A stretch of 64,000 nt of DNA. Source: Octopus sinensis (taxonomy: Eukaryota). Below the pieces are notes generated by a model that was not told the DNA's origin, searched no databases, and saw only the letters and a list, made by a program, of their open reading frames with translations. The position numbers and the translations under genes were made by a program. The DNA is taken from assembly GCF_006345805.1 (NCBI RefSeq), contig NC_043021.1, positions 24,986,001 to 25,050,000 on the forward strand, in the 5' to 3' direction. Positions 36,901 to 51,430 of the stretch are shown here, piece after piece (positions within the stretch are counted from its first letter, which is position 1; each line of letters begins with the position of its first letter).

Positions 36901-39900
36901 TTAAATGAATTGAGGTCAATATAGGATTGGTTATTTTTTTATATCAACTCCTTGGTGGGGGAGGGGGTTGTGGAAAGAGAAGATAAGTTGATTTGAAAAG
37001 GATCTGAACTCAAAACAATAACAACTAAAAAGAAAAACAAACCTGTTTTGGTGTATTTAGCAAATGAAGTTGAACTGTTGAGAGTGGGAAGCCTGCACAA
37101 GGTCGTTTAACCTGCTGAAAATAGCAGCTAAATCACCCTCAGATTTCATTCTAATGACTTAAAATACAGAATGATTCATTGAACAATTGAGTCTGTAACA
37201 AGGTCATGGGTGTAATATGCTTGATTAGGTTCTATCAGTGCTGACCATGGGTTAAATAGACAATAAAACTAAACAATTCTAATGTGATGCTTATTCTTTT
37301 GTTTGTTTTTTGCTATTTTGCTGCTGCTGCTGCTACTACTACTACTACATTTATTTTGTTCTACTTTGTTTTATGATATTCTTGTTCTACAAGTTTCCAC
37401 AATTTGACTTCAGCCTTCAAAGGTTTTAGTCAGCAATGTTGACCCCCATCTTGCCTGGTACTTATTTTATCAATCTCTGTTTATCTACTGGTAGGTCACC
37501 TAGCTTTTTTTTTAATAACAGTTTTTACACTGCTTAACAATGAACACACACATCTCTCTGTATATTTGTATGTGTGGGTATTTTGTAAATTGTAAGCTGG
37601 AACCCTGGAACCTTCTCTGTATGTTACCGAGTTTCATGTTTCCAGCCTATGAGAATGGGAAACTTGGAACAATTGTCTGTGGAGCTTTTAGCTTAGACTA
37701 AATAGGACCAAGCAGATGAGTAAATTGAGCAAAATATTTTGTTTTGAGTATTCTTTTGACTCCTCAACATACACACATGCATGCACACACACACACACAG
37801 ATAGATAATAAAAAAAAATGGAAAGAAAAAGGACAACAAGAAAAAAAACAACAAAGCGAGGACATGGTACATGCAAAGTGTTAATTAGATGCTCAGGGAA
37901 GGAAAGAAAGGTGGTTTTACGTTTTGAGCAAAGCTCTTCTTCAGAACCAGGAGACAGAGGAAAGTCCAAGAGAAAAGGAAGATGGAGGGAAAAAAAATCA
38001 CCAACAATCCACATGTGGTTACATTTTGGAATAAATAGATGGACGGACGGACAGACAGACGGACGGACTTTTATATACATAATACTTACATACAGACATA
38101 TGTATATTTGTATGCGTGATGAGCATCTTCAGAGTCTTTATCAAATTCCACTGAAACAGAGCCTCTGGTAGAAGACCCTTTCCCAAGGTATGTCATGTAC
38201 TGGGATTGAACCTAGAGCCATGAGGTTGTGAAGCAAACCTCTTAACAGCCACTCAGTGATATCTGTACTGTATTGGCAGACTCAGAAGTCTGTCAGTCCA
38301 AACTTAATGCGATATTTCATTTATGACTCCAATAGGTGCAGCTATGGCTGCGTGGTAAGAAGGTTGCTTCCCAGACACATGGTTTCAGGTTCAATCCCAC
38401 TGCATGACACCAAGAGTCTTCTAGTATGGCCTCAGGGAAACTTAAGCTTTTTAATGGATTTGATAGCCAGAAACTGAAAGAAGCCCATTGTGTGTGTTTC
38501 CTTGTTTTGACAGCATACAACAGCTGTAAACGAGTGTCACCATCATACAAGCAGTGTCATTTACTTTCAATATTCTGCCATAAACATGTCTGTCCATGGG
38601 GAAATATTACCTTGCTTTGAAACAAGGTAAGGGTTGGCAACAGGAGGGGCACCCAACCATGGAAGAATCTGTCTCAAGAAACTCTATCCAACCCATACCA
38701 GCATGGAAAAGCGGAAACATTAAAACAATGATTATGAGTGATTCCAAGTTCCAATTCCACCTGTCACTCTTGCAGAGGTCATCAAAAATATAATACCAGT
38801 CACATTCTGGGGTCAGTAAAAACAACAGTTATACTCCACCCCACATTGTGCTGAGGACAGAAATCAAAATTTGTTGTATGTTTATCGTTATAGTTATTGC
38901 TAATTAAAAGTTATTGCTAATTAATCAAAACAGATCTTCATTGATTTCACTGAGGACTGATCAATTATTCAATAAACAAAACTCCTTGAATTAGCTTGTA
39001 AGTGGCTGAATATACCTCAGGCATGTGCATTGTTAATGTAATCAGCTACTAAAACCAGCGACGGTGGGGTAGGATGGGCTGTACAGGACTAGAGTAGATC
39101 AGAGAGGGTGGCCACTTTATTAGTGCCTATGTGTCTGTTGTACTTAATGGTGTGTTATGTTTAAAGGAAAGGGTTGTGGGGAGGGGTCAGTTAATTTGGG
39201 TTGCACGCTGTGGATTCCAAACTCCCAGGAACTCCACTGAGCTGCATGACACAATGTGTTTGAATTGCCTGGAACATTCCATCCTCTGCAGAGTTTCTCT
39301 TTATTCGCAAACCTTTGCCTGACTCAGGGCTACAGAAAATGACATTTGTTCAAGATCCCATTCATTGGAATCAATCCCAAGACCTTGTGGTTGCAAAGTG
39401 AACTTCTTAACTGTTGGGCCATCCTGTGATTGCTACTGCTTCTTTAATACTGCTGCTGCTGCTGCTGCTGTTGTTGTTGTTCTTCTTCTTCTTATTATTA
39501 TTAAGGCAGCAAGCTGGCAGAATTGTTAACATGCCAGGCAAAGTGCTTAGTGGTATTTCACCCATCACTACACTCTGAGTTCAGATTCCACCAAGGTTGA
39601 TTTTGCTTTTCAGCCTTTCAGGGTCGATGAAATAAGTACTAGTTACATACTGGGATCAATGTAACTGACTGGACCCCTCCCCCATACTTTCAAGCCTTGT
39701 GCCTATAGTAGAAAGAATTATTATTATCATGAAGGCAACAGATTGGCATGCCAGACAAAACCCTTAGCAGCATTTCTTCCAGTTCTTTACATTCTGAGTT
39801 CAAATTCCACTGAGGTCAACTTTGCTTTTCATCCTTTCAGGGTCAATGAAATAAGTATCAATTGAGAACAAAGGCTGATGTAATCAACCTATACCCCTCC

Positions 39901-41072
39901 CCTCAAAATTACTGGCTTTATGGAAAGGATTACTATAATTGTTATGATTTGACACTATTTGGATTTAATTATCTTTTCCCCTCTGTATTGTCCCTTTCAT
40001 TGTCCTCTCTCTCTCTCTCCTCTTCAGCAAGACACCTGTTCCTGTCCTTCTATCATAAATTCACCTCCTTCGATACAAGCCCCCCCCCACTCAGTCAAGG
40101 CTGTCTTGTCTCATGAATGACAATAGCATCTAGTGAATTCTGGGATGTGGTTGTTATTAGGAAAGGCATCCATCCATAGAAGCCATGCCAAAGCAAACAT
40201 AGGAGCTTGGTGCAATCCTCCAGCTTTTTGGTTCCTGTCAAACTGTCCAACCCATGCCAGCACCAAAAAATCATGTTAAATAATGATGATGATGATCCCC
40301 CCCACACACACACACGTATATATGGAGGTACTTTTATCTTTTCCTTGTTCCATCCCAGTCAACCCCTACTCATTTATAATGTAAGTAGCCTTGTGGCCCC
40401 TCTACAGCAAGAAACCTGTTCTGCTTTGGCCCTTTCTCTCATAACATAGAGCTGCCTCTCAAGTTTCGTAGTCCTGCAATCTGCATGGTGACCTCACAAG
40501 TGCTGGTGACACACACACACACAAAAAACACAACCAGTACTTACTGGGAAGTGTTTGGTGTTAAGAAGGGTCTCCAGCTGTAGGAACTAGATCCTGTCAA
40601 ACTGCCCAACCCATACCACCTTGGAACAAGGATGTTAAAGGATGATGAGGATTGAATCGAAATCCAACTCTGATTAACTTTTCCGTTTGTCCCTCCGAGA
40701 TCAATAACGTACCAGTCATGAAGTGGAGATCAATAACATCAACTGACAATCTCCTCTCAAAGCAAACCTTTAATATCTTAGTAGAACTATTGTTACTGTT
40801 AGTATAGCTTCTGTTAATATTACGAGTGTTAATAATATCTGTAATACAATTTCTATTCAAACATCATCATTACTACTACTACTACTACTGAAAATTTTAA
40901 ATGTTATTAACTTTTTATCAATTTATGGCAAAAATAAACATTTCCATATTTAGTATACAAAACTACACCAATACACCAAATTTGAAAACAATTGGAACAA
41001 AATTAAAAGAATTGAAAAGCAACAAATGCTCTGAAATAGGTACTACCACCACCACTACTACTACCACCACCG

Positions 41073-41112
<40 letters not shown>

Positions 41113-41621
41113 GGTTGCTGCTGCTGCTCCTACCCCTACCACCATTACTGCTATGGCTACTACCACCGTTGCTATTACTACTACTTCTTTTATGCCTATA
41201 GCCCCAGGCTTATTTACTCTTCCACCCATGTGCACCACTTCCTTCCTCCTTTAATCAATGGTCAGTATGACTATGGATTCTGCTATCCTAACAGTCCCTA
41301 ATTGAAGAATGTGCAATCAAGAGATAATTATTAGGGTGGCCATCAGGTGGACAATATAACGGACTTAATGACAGATTTTACTACAGAATGGAATAACTTT
41401 AACAGATACACATAACAAGATGATGGCGAGATTTATGTATCCCCTGATTGATTATTTCTGATAAAAGTTTAGAACCTCAACTTGGTATGAAGCTAATTTC
41501 ACTTTGATAGAACAAACTGGTAATTAAAAGCATTCCAACTGTGACCAACCCCTCTTTTCTTATGTCCAGCACTAATATTATCCAATGTGTTCTTTGTGTG
41601 TGTGAGTGTGTTGGTTTTAGG

Positions 41622-42245
41622 CAGCGTTTCTCAACCGGGTTTCCCTGGAACCCTAGGGTTCTGCAAGAAAGAGTGAGATAAACTAATGCTAATTTCATGA
41701 TCGTAATATTGCTATAGACGCACAGCATATTATTGGTTATTGTAATATAGGCATCATCCTATCTAACCTATTATGTTATTAAAAAAATATAGGCGCAAGA
41801 GTGGCTGTGTGGTAAGTAGCTTGCTTACCAACCACATGGTTCTGGCTCAGTCCCACTGCGTGGCACATTGGGCAAGTGTCTTCTGCTATAGCCTCGGGCC
41901 AACCAAAGCCTTGTGAGTGGATTTGGTAGATGGAAACTGAAAGAAGCCCGTTGTATATATGTATATATATATGTGTATATATATATGTGTATTTGTGTGT
42001 CTGTGTTTGTCCCCCCAGCATCACTTGACAACCAATGCTGGTGTGTTTACGTCCCCGTCACTTAGTGGTGCGGCAAAAGAGACAGATAGAATAAGTACTA
42101 GGCTTACAAAGAATAAGTCCTGGGGTCGATTTGATTCGACTAAAGGCGGTGCTCCAGCACGGCCACAGTCAAATGACTGAAACAAGTAAAAGAGTAACCA
42201 TTGGGGATATATTACAGATGTCTGTAATTTATAGACACCGTGTAC

Positions 42246-42298
<53 letters not shown>

Positions 42299-42429
42299 TA
42301 TTTACCACGTGAACTATGATGAAGAAAATATGAGAAAGATATGGTATATAATTTTTTTATGCAGGGGTTCTTTGTGATATGTAATTTATTTTAAGGGTTA
42401 CACAAGGGTAAAAAGGTTGAGAAACACAG
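41622..42429. mobile_element. Degenerate hAT-like MITE (CAGCGTTTCTCAACC ... GGTTGAGAAACACAG)
   Basis: 15-bp imperfect TIRs; TSD not clearly preserved. Confidence 0.5.
41790..42197 (+). mobile_element. SINE family B, apparently full length, nested in a hAT-like MITE
   Basis: Complete head-microsatellite-tail structure. Confidence 0.85.
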
Positions 42430-42843
42430 ACTAGAGGGTTTGGTTACTATTTCTAGCACTGAATGGCCATATAGAGGCTCCTTCTATGGCTCATGCTAGT
42501 GATGGTGGTGGTGGTGGTGGTAGTGGTGGAAAATGGTAGTGATGATGATGCTGATGGTGATTTACTAATTCCAATATCTTTTATTGATCTCGATCCATTT
42601 TGCTTAGTGAAGCATTTAGCAGAACAATATTTGGCGTTCTTAATGCAAAACTAGTGCAATTCTGTTGCACTGTGTTGAAACTGGTGCACATTTGTTGCAC
42701 ATGCATCTTTTGAGTGCTTTTCATTCGATTACCTGTTTATTGATGTCATTCTATGGCGAAGAAGAAGTTCCATTTGCAATCATTCCATTCTAGGTTCAAT
42801 CTCACTGTGTGGTACATTCAAGGAAAGCCCCCCCCCTCTCTCT

Positions 42844-42885
<42 letters not shown>

Positions 42886-45704
42886 CACCACTGTCAACAT
42901 CATCATTGTTTAACATCTGCTTTCCATGCTGGCATGGGTTGAACGGTTTGACTGAGGACTGGCTAACCAGGAGGCTGCACCAGGCTCCACCTTCATCTGG
43001 CAAGGTTTCTACAGCCAGGCGCTTTGCAGCTTTTTACCATTGTGGTGCTGACGCAGGCTATATTCCTTAATGTCTGAGAAGAGTTAGGGTTGTCTTGAAT
43101 ATAATTAAACAAACTTAGAATTGTTGGAGATGGAAAAGTGGACACTGGTAGGGTTTAGCCCCTTGTGGGTAGTAAAGAAATGGGTTTAAGAAGTTTGTTT
43201 TGAAAATACATAGTTTTAGGTTAATCCCATAGATGAGCCCCTGACAATGCCCCTGGTGATATGAAACCCGACTCTCTGACAGTTTTGATGATAAGGGTTC
43301 CATTTGATCTGATCAACGGAACAACCTACTTGTGAAATTAATGTGCAAGTGGCTGAGTACTCCATAGACATGCCAACCCTTTTGAATTACAGGTACAACT
43401 CATTTTTGCCAGCAGAGTGGACTGGAGCAATGTGAAGTAAAATGTCTTGTTCAGGACTTGATACGATACCAGGAATCGAACTGTGAGCCAAACCCCTTAA
43501 CCACTAAGCCACCTGCTTTCACCTACAAACTTCCTGTTTGAAATTATCTAAATTAAAACCTTGATAACTGTTGTTGGTTTGTTTACATCCCCATGATTTT
43601 CAATTTGGCAAAAGAGACTGATAGAATAAGTACTGGTGGTGCTCCAGCATGGCCGTAGTCCAATGACTGAAACAAGGAAAAGAGAAAAGACATTTCTGTG
43701 TGACAAATTTCGGTCTCAAGGCATTGGTCAACCTGTGGTTAAAAAGAGAACAGCTGTTAGAAGATACTAGAAAATTCTTGCCTAATGTGCTGTGATTGAT
43801 GTAGGGTCAAACCCAGGGTCTCAAGGTTGCAACAAAAAATTTAAAAAAAAAAAAAGCTTCTTAGCTTGCTGAAAAATTCCTAGCTTTAAGGGTATTGTGA
43901 AAGGGCTTGGTTGGAGGCCCAACCTTTCTAGTTCTTTTACAGGGCTTAGAAAAACTAAAGGACTACTGGAATAAGTGTGTCAATCTGAGAGGGGAATATG
44001 TTGAATAAACCCATGATTAACTGATCCTTCTCTATTTTCTTTAACCCAAAGCCAGACATTTTTTTAGCGCCTCCTCATATATATATACATATATAATCAT
44101 TACCATTTTAACATCTACTTTTTCATGTTTGCATAGATCTGATGCAATTTATTGATGTAGATTTTATTATGGTGTAGGGTGGGCAAGTGCCCCTCCATTC
44201 AGCAACTCTCGCTTGTTTTCAAGCAAGGTAATATTTCACCGTGGCCAGACATGTTTTTTTCTATGGGAGGCTGGAAATGAATAACCATGCTTGGACGATG
44301 ACGATGATGATGATGATGATGCTCACTTGCAGCCATCATGTGGAGACAACTAGGCAAGGCATGCGGCCAATAACTGCACCCTCCTCTCGTGTTCCCAAAA
44401 TGTAGTTGTAAGTATTCATCTATGCCAAGATAAAGAGATGGTCTTTAATGGGATGTTTAAATTTGAAATTCAAACTGAGAAATAGCCAAGAAAACTTAAT
44501 TGTTGTGCCAGGCTGTTCATTAAGCTATCAATAGTCGTTACTCAACATCTTTGTCATTATTTGTTGTGTTGATGGTTTTTTCGTGAACACATGGTTCTCA
44601 TGTAATTCTGGTGAGTGCACACTTCTGTGCATACCTGCCATATATGTAGGTAACTATATCCAAATATGTATACACATATACAACTATTGCTTGCGAAGAC
44701 CTGTTGAGGAAAGTGAAATCGAAATCAAATTCGATGACTGGCATCCGTGCTCGTGAAGCACTAAGAGCATCATCCAAGTGTGATCATTGCCGGGGCCGCT
44801 GACTGGCCCCCGTGCCGGTGGCACGTAAAAAGCACCATTCAAACGTGATTGTTACCAGCATCGCCTTACTGGCACTTGTGCTGGTGGTACGTGAAAAACA
44901 ACATTCGAGCGAGTGCGTTGCCAGTGCCACTGGACTGGCTCCTGTGCAGGTGACACATAAAGACCCTTTCCCAAGGTATGTCATGTACTGCGATTGAACC
45001 TAGAGCCATGTGGTTGTGAAGCAAACTTCTTAACAGCCACTCATTGATATACTCTTTTACTCTTTTCAGTCATTTGACTGTGCTCATGCTGGAGCACCAC
45101 CTTTTAGTCGAGCAAATCGCCCCCAGGACTTATTCTTTGTAAGCCTAGTACTTATTCTATCACTCTCTTTTTGCCGAACCGCTAAGTGACGGGGACGTAA
45201 ACACACCAGCATCGTTTGCCATCTGGCTCACCAGTCCCCAGTCAAACCATCCAACCGTCCAACCCATGCCAGCATGGAAAGCGGACGTTAAACAATGATG
45301 ATGATGATGATGATTTATATATATATATAATGTACAAACACATACGTTGTATTCATGTATGTATACTCATACTATAGTCATACATGTATATGCATACACA
45401 CACACACACACACACACACACCTCATACACAATCATCTGTTCAATATAACACAAAAATGGAACAGCTGCAAAAAAAATTTGATATTTTTACTGCAGTAAA
45501 TAGAAATGAAGGAGTTTGTCTTTGCTTTTGTTGTTGTTATTTAATTTCTGCAGACGAAGATTTTTTTTAAATATTTTGAATTAGAAATTATTTTATTTCT
45601 CCTTTGTCTTCATTTGGTTCTTTCTGTCAAAAATTCAGGTTTCGATCAATGCAGTTTGCATTAAGTTTTGTTGACCAAATTATTGTGTGTGTGTGGCTTT
45701 CATT

Positions 45705-46237
45705 GACATGGGGAAAGCCTTTGACAGGGTCCCCCCGATCCCTTATCTGGTGGTCAATGCGGAAACTAGGGATAGATGAACGGTTAGTGAGAGCTGTGCG
45801 AGCCATGTACAGGTACGTGCCAGTAAGGTGAGGGTTGGTAACGAGTACAGTGAAGAATTCCAGGTAGTGGTAGGGGTCCACCAAGGTTCAGTCCTCAGCA
45901 CCCTCCTATTCATCATAGTCCTCCAGGCAATAACAGAGGAATTCAAGACAGGATGCCCCTGGGAGCTCCTCTATGCTGATGATCTTGCTCTAATTGCTGA
46001 GTCACTACCAGAACTAGAGGGGAGTTTCATGTGTGGAAGCATGGATTAGAATCGAAGGGCCTTAGAGTCAACCTAGCTAAAACCAAAGTCCTAATAAGTA
46101 GGAAGGCAGCCAAACCATAAATCCATTCAGGTAGATGGCCCTACTCGATCTGTAGTAGAGGTGTAGGTAGAAACTCTATAAGATGTACCCAGTGTAAGCT
46201 ATGGACACATAAGAGGTGCAGCAATATCAATGGAAGG
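45705..46237 (+). mobile_element. Fragment of the second RTE-like family (RT core plus PHD-like insert)
   Basis: GVHQGSVLSTLLF, WELLYADD, CTQCKLWTHKRC. Same family as 9655-11471. Confidence 0.85.
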
Positions 46238-46497
46238 CTGGAGCAGTTTGAATAGGAAATGATGTGCCACCCACCATACTTGCCAGGCATTGCTCCATCT
46301 GATTATCATTTATTCAGCAGCCTTCAAAATCATTTAGATGGGAAAACACGAATTCATTAGATGAGGTCAGAAGAATACTGGAGGAATATTTTTCATCACA
46401 GACAAATGAACTTTGGAAGAGGGACCTTGCAAGTCTACCAGAAAGATGGAAGAGCAGTGTAGAAAATGGAGAGCATATTTTAAATTTAAAAAGAACT
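46238..46497 (+). mobile_element. Mariner transposase 3' fragment
   Basis: HPPYLPGIAPSDYHLFSSLQNHLDG...LPERWKSSVENG. Confidence 0.8.
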
Positions 46498-47185
46498 TTT
46501 TTGCCATGATCCTTGCCTTCAATTCATCTTTGGTGTTACAAGGTTTCTCACTCAACTGTGCTCCACACATAATAAGGGGTTTGCAGTCTGGAGAATTAGG
46601 TGGCCAGATTTTAGGGGTGATGTGGTCGCAGAAATTGTCTGACATCCACGTCTGGGTCCTCCTGCTTGTGTGACAGAGTGCTTTTGCCAGATATAGGGTC
46701 TTCCAGCAGCCATTCTTTTGACCCAGGACAGCACTACCATTTGATGTAGGCCCCCATGTTGAGTCTGAGGCCATGTGGGAAAATGATTGGGGTAAAATGT
46801 CGCCATCACTAGCGATCACTTCAAACACCATGATGTTGACTGGATGTTTGATTTTTCTCACTCTCGGTACATGTTTTGGGGACACGGCATGCCAATGGTT
46901 GTTCTGTGTGTTGACCATCTGATCCTGGCAGAAGTTTTCAAAGCATGTTCAGTTGGAGAGGATGCTTCAGTTTGTTCAAAAGCTTCATAGCATGGTCTTT
47001 CCTATTGTTCTTGATAGCTTGGGATAAAAATTGACCCTTTCTCATCTTGTATGAGGAATACTGAATGTCTTCATGCAATGCCTGCCTGATAAGAAACTCA
47101 GGCACTCCCATGTCCCTGGTGATGGATCTGATTGACTTTGAGGGATCATTATCATACTCATACAACAACAAGACTTATAAAACAC
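46498..47185 (-). mobile_element. maT-like transposase fragment
   Basis: NDPSKSIRSITRDMGV...YKMRKGQFLS; WPPNSPDC. Same family as 30311-31140. Confidence 0.8.
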
Positions 47186-48910
47186 ACACACAATTATACA
47201 TACAGTTACACACACACACAATTATACATACAGTTACACACACATACACAATTATACATACAGTTACACACACACACACAATTATACATACAGTTACACA
47301 CACACAATTATACATACAGTTACACACACACAATTATACATACAGTTACACACACATACACAATTATACATACAGTTACACACACACAATTATACATACA
47401 GTTACACACACACACAATTATACATACAGTTACACACACACACAATTATACATACAGTTACACACACACACACAATTATACATACAGTTACATACACACA
47501 ATTATACATACAGTTACACACACACACAATTATACATACAGTTACACACACACACACACACAATTATACATACAGTTACACACACATACACAATTATACA
47601 TACAGTTACACACACACATAATTATACATACAGTTACACACACACACAATTATACATACAGTTACACACACACAATTATGCATACAGTTACATACACACA
47701 ATTATACATACAGTTACACACGCACACAATTATACATACAGTTACACACACACACAATTATACATACAGTTACACACACATACACAATTATACATACAGT
47801 TACACACACACACACAATTATACATACAGTTACATACACACAATTATACATACAGTTACACACACACACACAATTATACATACAGTTACACACACACACA
47901 CAATTATACATACAGTTACATACACACAATTATACATACAGTTACATACACACAATTATACATACAGTTACACACACAGACACACACAATTATACATACA
48001 GTTACACACAATTATACATACAGTTACACACACACACAATTATACATACAGTTACACACACACACAGACACACAATTATACATACAGTTACACACAATTA
48101 TACATACAGTTACACACACAACACACACAATTATACATACAGTTACATACACACAATTATACATACAGTTACACACACACACACAATTATACATACAGTT
48201 ACACACACACACACAATTATACATACAGTTACATACACACAATTATACATACAGTTACATACACACAATTATACATACAGTTACACACACAGACACACAC
48301 AATTATACATACAGTTACACACAATTATACATACAGTTACACACACACACAATTATACATACAGTTACACACACACACAGACACACAATTATACATACAG
48401 TTACACACAATTATACATACAGTTACACACACACACACACAATTATACATACAGTTACACACAATTATACATACAGTTACACACATACACACAATTATAC
48501 ATACAGTTACACACACAGACACACACAATTATACATACAGTTACACACACACACACACACACAATTATACATACAGTTACACACACACACACAATTATAC
48601 ATACAGTTACACACATACACATACACACAATTATACATACAGTTACACACACACACACACAATTATACATACAGTTACACACACACACACACAATTATAC
48701 ATACAGTTACACACTCACACACTCACACACACAATTATGCATACAGTTACACACATACACACAATTATACATACAGTTACACACTCACACACACACACAA
48801 TTATACATACAGTTACACACTCACACACACACACAATTATACATACAGTTACACACTCACACACACACACACACAATTATACATACAGTTACACACACAC
48901 ACACACACAC
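47183..48910. repeat. Minisatellite: ~58 copies of core CAATTATACATACAGTTA separated by variable (CA)n spacers
   Basis: Manual count about 58 cores; unit length about 22-40 bp. Confidence 0.97.
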
Positions 48911-49357
48911 CTTTGTATTTTCTCCTTTTAAAAGTGAATGTTAAAATAACGATAGAAATAGAAAAAAACAAGTCAAGAATCTGATGAAACCAGTGATTTT
49001 TTTCATATTTTATTTATTTGCCAATTCAGATCATCAATAATTTCTTCAGAATCTGTCTTTTGTTATCTTTATGAACCAATTTCTATTTCTTCTCTCTTCT
49101 TTCTTCTCTCTCTCTCTTTTTCCTTTCATCTGTTATTCCGACTTCTTTTCCCAACTTTTTAAAATCTTTATTGTTGTCTTCTTCTCCTTCTTCTTCTTCT
49201 TTATACACAACTAAGCTTTGTTTCTCTCTCTCTCTCTCTCTCGCCAGTCTTTTGGAAAGTGTTTGCTACTCAGTCTCTCTCTTGATTTCCTACACTTTGT
49301 CTAACCATCTCCCCCTCCTCCTCTTTCACTCCTTGTCACTCACTCGCCCCAACCCCC

Positions 49358-49390
<33 letters not shown>

Positions 49391-49521
49391 CTAACACTCC
49401 TCTTTCTTTTATCGTAAACATAAGATAAAGCCACAATGTCTCAAGACTTCTATAGGATCGGTTCATTTGACTTGAGAAAAATGTTGTCCACAAAAACATT
49501 TCTGTTCAGTACAACCTTTAA

Positions 49522-49868
49522 CCCCTTCACATTCAGATTACTCTGTCAAGGTTTCCATTGCAGTCAATCATGCATTGTCTCATAGCTATGAGGTTTTGAG
49601 GACATTGCAGGATAGGTGCAAGAAGCAGAAGCTGGCCAATTTCAGCACAAAACAAGTAGAATATTTGGACCAGACTTAGAACTTAAACCAGCCATAACTG
49701 GGCCAAATATTCTACCTATTTTAAATTAAAACTGGCCTGATTCAGCCTTTCACACCTATCTTACCCTGCCATTCTAAAAATAGACAATCACAGCTTCGAA
49801 ATTGCAAAGCCATGAGATAATTGTAGCAATGTGAATGAATTTGACAGAGAAAACTGAATGCTAAAGGG
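49522..49868. mobile_element. piggyBac-like palindromic MITE with TTAA TSD
   Basis: TTAA-CCCCTTCACATTCAG ... CTGAATGCTAAAGGG-TTAA. The two halves are degenerate inverted copies; related to 36253-36460. Confidence 0.7.
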
Positions 49869-51394
49869 TTAAAGAGATAATATCTCTTCTCTCCACAACC
49901 CATTCAATATGGAGTTTAAATAAATATTAAGTGATTATAGAGAATAATCTAAGATAGAGATATTTGCCACAGAGTAAATGCTGCAGTCTTGTGTGCTTCA
50001 TTGAGCCAAGCTACTGAAGTGCAATCTCTTAGCAGGGTCACCCATTGTTGGACAGATCACAGGAAAGAGGCCAAACTAATCTGGATCACCCCTTCCCAGG
50101 GGTAAAAATGGGTTTATGTAGAGCCAATGTTCCTACTTAGAAAAAAAGCAAGGTTACAGAAGCATCAATGACAATTCAAAAGCCACAAGATGCTGGAGCA
50201 GCAGAAGGCCTCCCCTCGGGGAAACATTTAACGTGTCAGGTCCTGACAGAATAAGACAGAACCTGTTGGGGCAAATTTTCTACAGTCAGATGCCTTTGCT
50301 GTCACCAACTCTCTCATCTGTTTCCAAGCAAGGTATGACCTGACCTGTTTTCACAGAAGACTGGAAACAAATGACACTGCTTGTATAACAGTGACCCTCA
50401 CTTACAACTAGCACATGATGTCTAGACAGGGAAACACACACACACACACACACACAAGTTTCTTCTTGTTTGTGCTTACCAAATTCACTCACAAGGTTCG
50501 TCAGTCCAGGGTTATAGTAGAAGACATTTACCTGACGTACCACACAGTGAGACTAACAGTCTTCTTTCAGCTTCCATCTTGTAAATTAATTTGCAAGGCT
50601 TGGGTTGACTCTGGGATATAGTAGAGGACACTTGGCCAAGGTGTCACACAGAGGGACTGAACCCAAAACCACGTGGCTGGGAAGCAAACTTCTTAACCAC
50701 ACAGCCACACCTGCACCTAATATTAGGTAAGATGGCAGAATCATTAACACACCAGGCAAAATGCTTAGTCCCTCTATGTTCAGAGTTCAAATTCCACCAA
50801 GGTCAGCTTTGCTTTTTGTCATTTTGAGGTCAATAAAATAAGTACCATTTGAACCCTAGGAGACCAATGTAATCAACTTATCCCCAACCCCCGGGAAACT
50901 GCTGGCCTTGTACCAAAATTTGAAACCAATATTATTCAGGATTTTCAAATAAAATTGAAAGTAAGGCAATGATGTATTTCAATAGAAAGACAAAAGAGTT
51001 AAGCACATCCAGCCAGGCTCTTGTTCATCTATTTGACTCTCTCTCTGCTCTTTCCACAGACGTTGTTTTTCTCAATCTCTGCCCAATCCTCTCCTTCTGT
51101 TAACTCTTGGCTCAATTGTTTCCTACACTTACTGCCCTACTTTACTATTCATCTCTTTGCCAGATGACATCATAACGAACACTAATAACGAACACATCAT
51201 AACAGACACTCCCTTGTCTGTCCGCTTGCACCCTTGAAACCTTGCATTCAACTATGCTCGTTGCTATGGCAATTAAGTTGGCTGTACATGTTTTTTGGTA
51301 GTGTTTAAAAAAATTTTTGAAATAGATTAGCTGCAAGTGATAGTAGTGACATCTGATAATTCCATGTAAACAATCTGTAACATAACTAATGTAT

Positions 51395-51430
<36 letters not shown>

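Noticed and set aside
47065-48984. 639-aa and 599-aa ORFs, and the CRISPR-like constant-repeat/variable-spacer look
   Set aside because: Spacers are only (CA)n variants, there are no cas genes and the context is eukaryotic. The ORFs are translations of a stop-free minisatellite.
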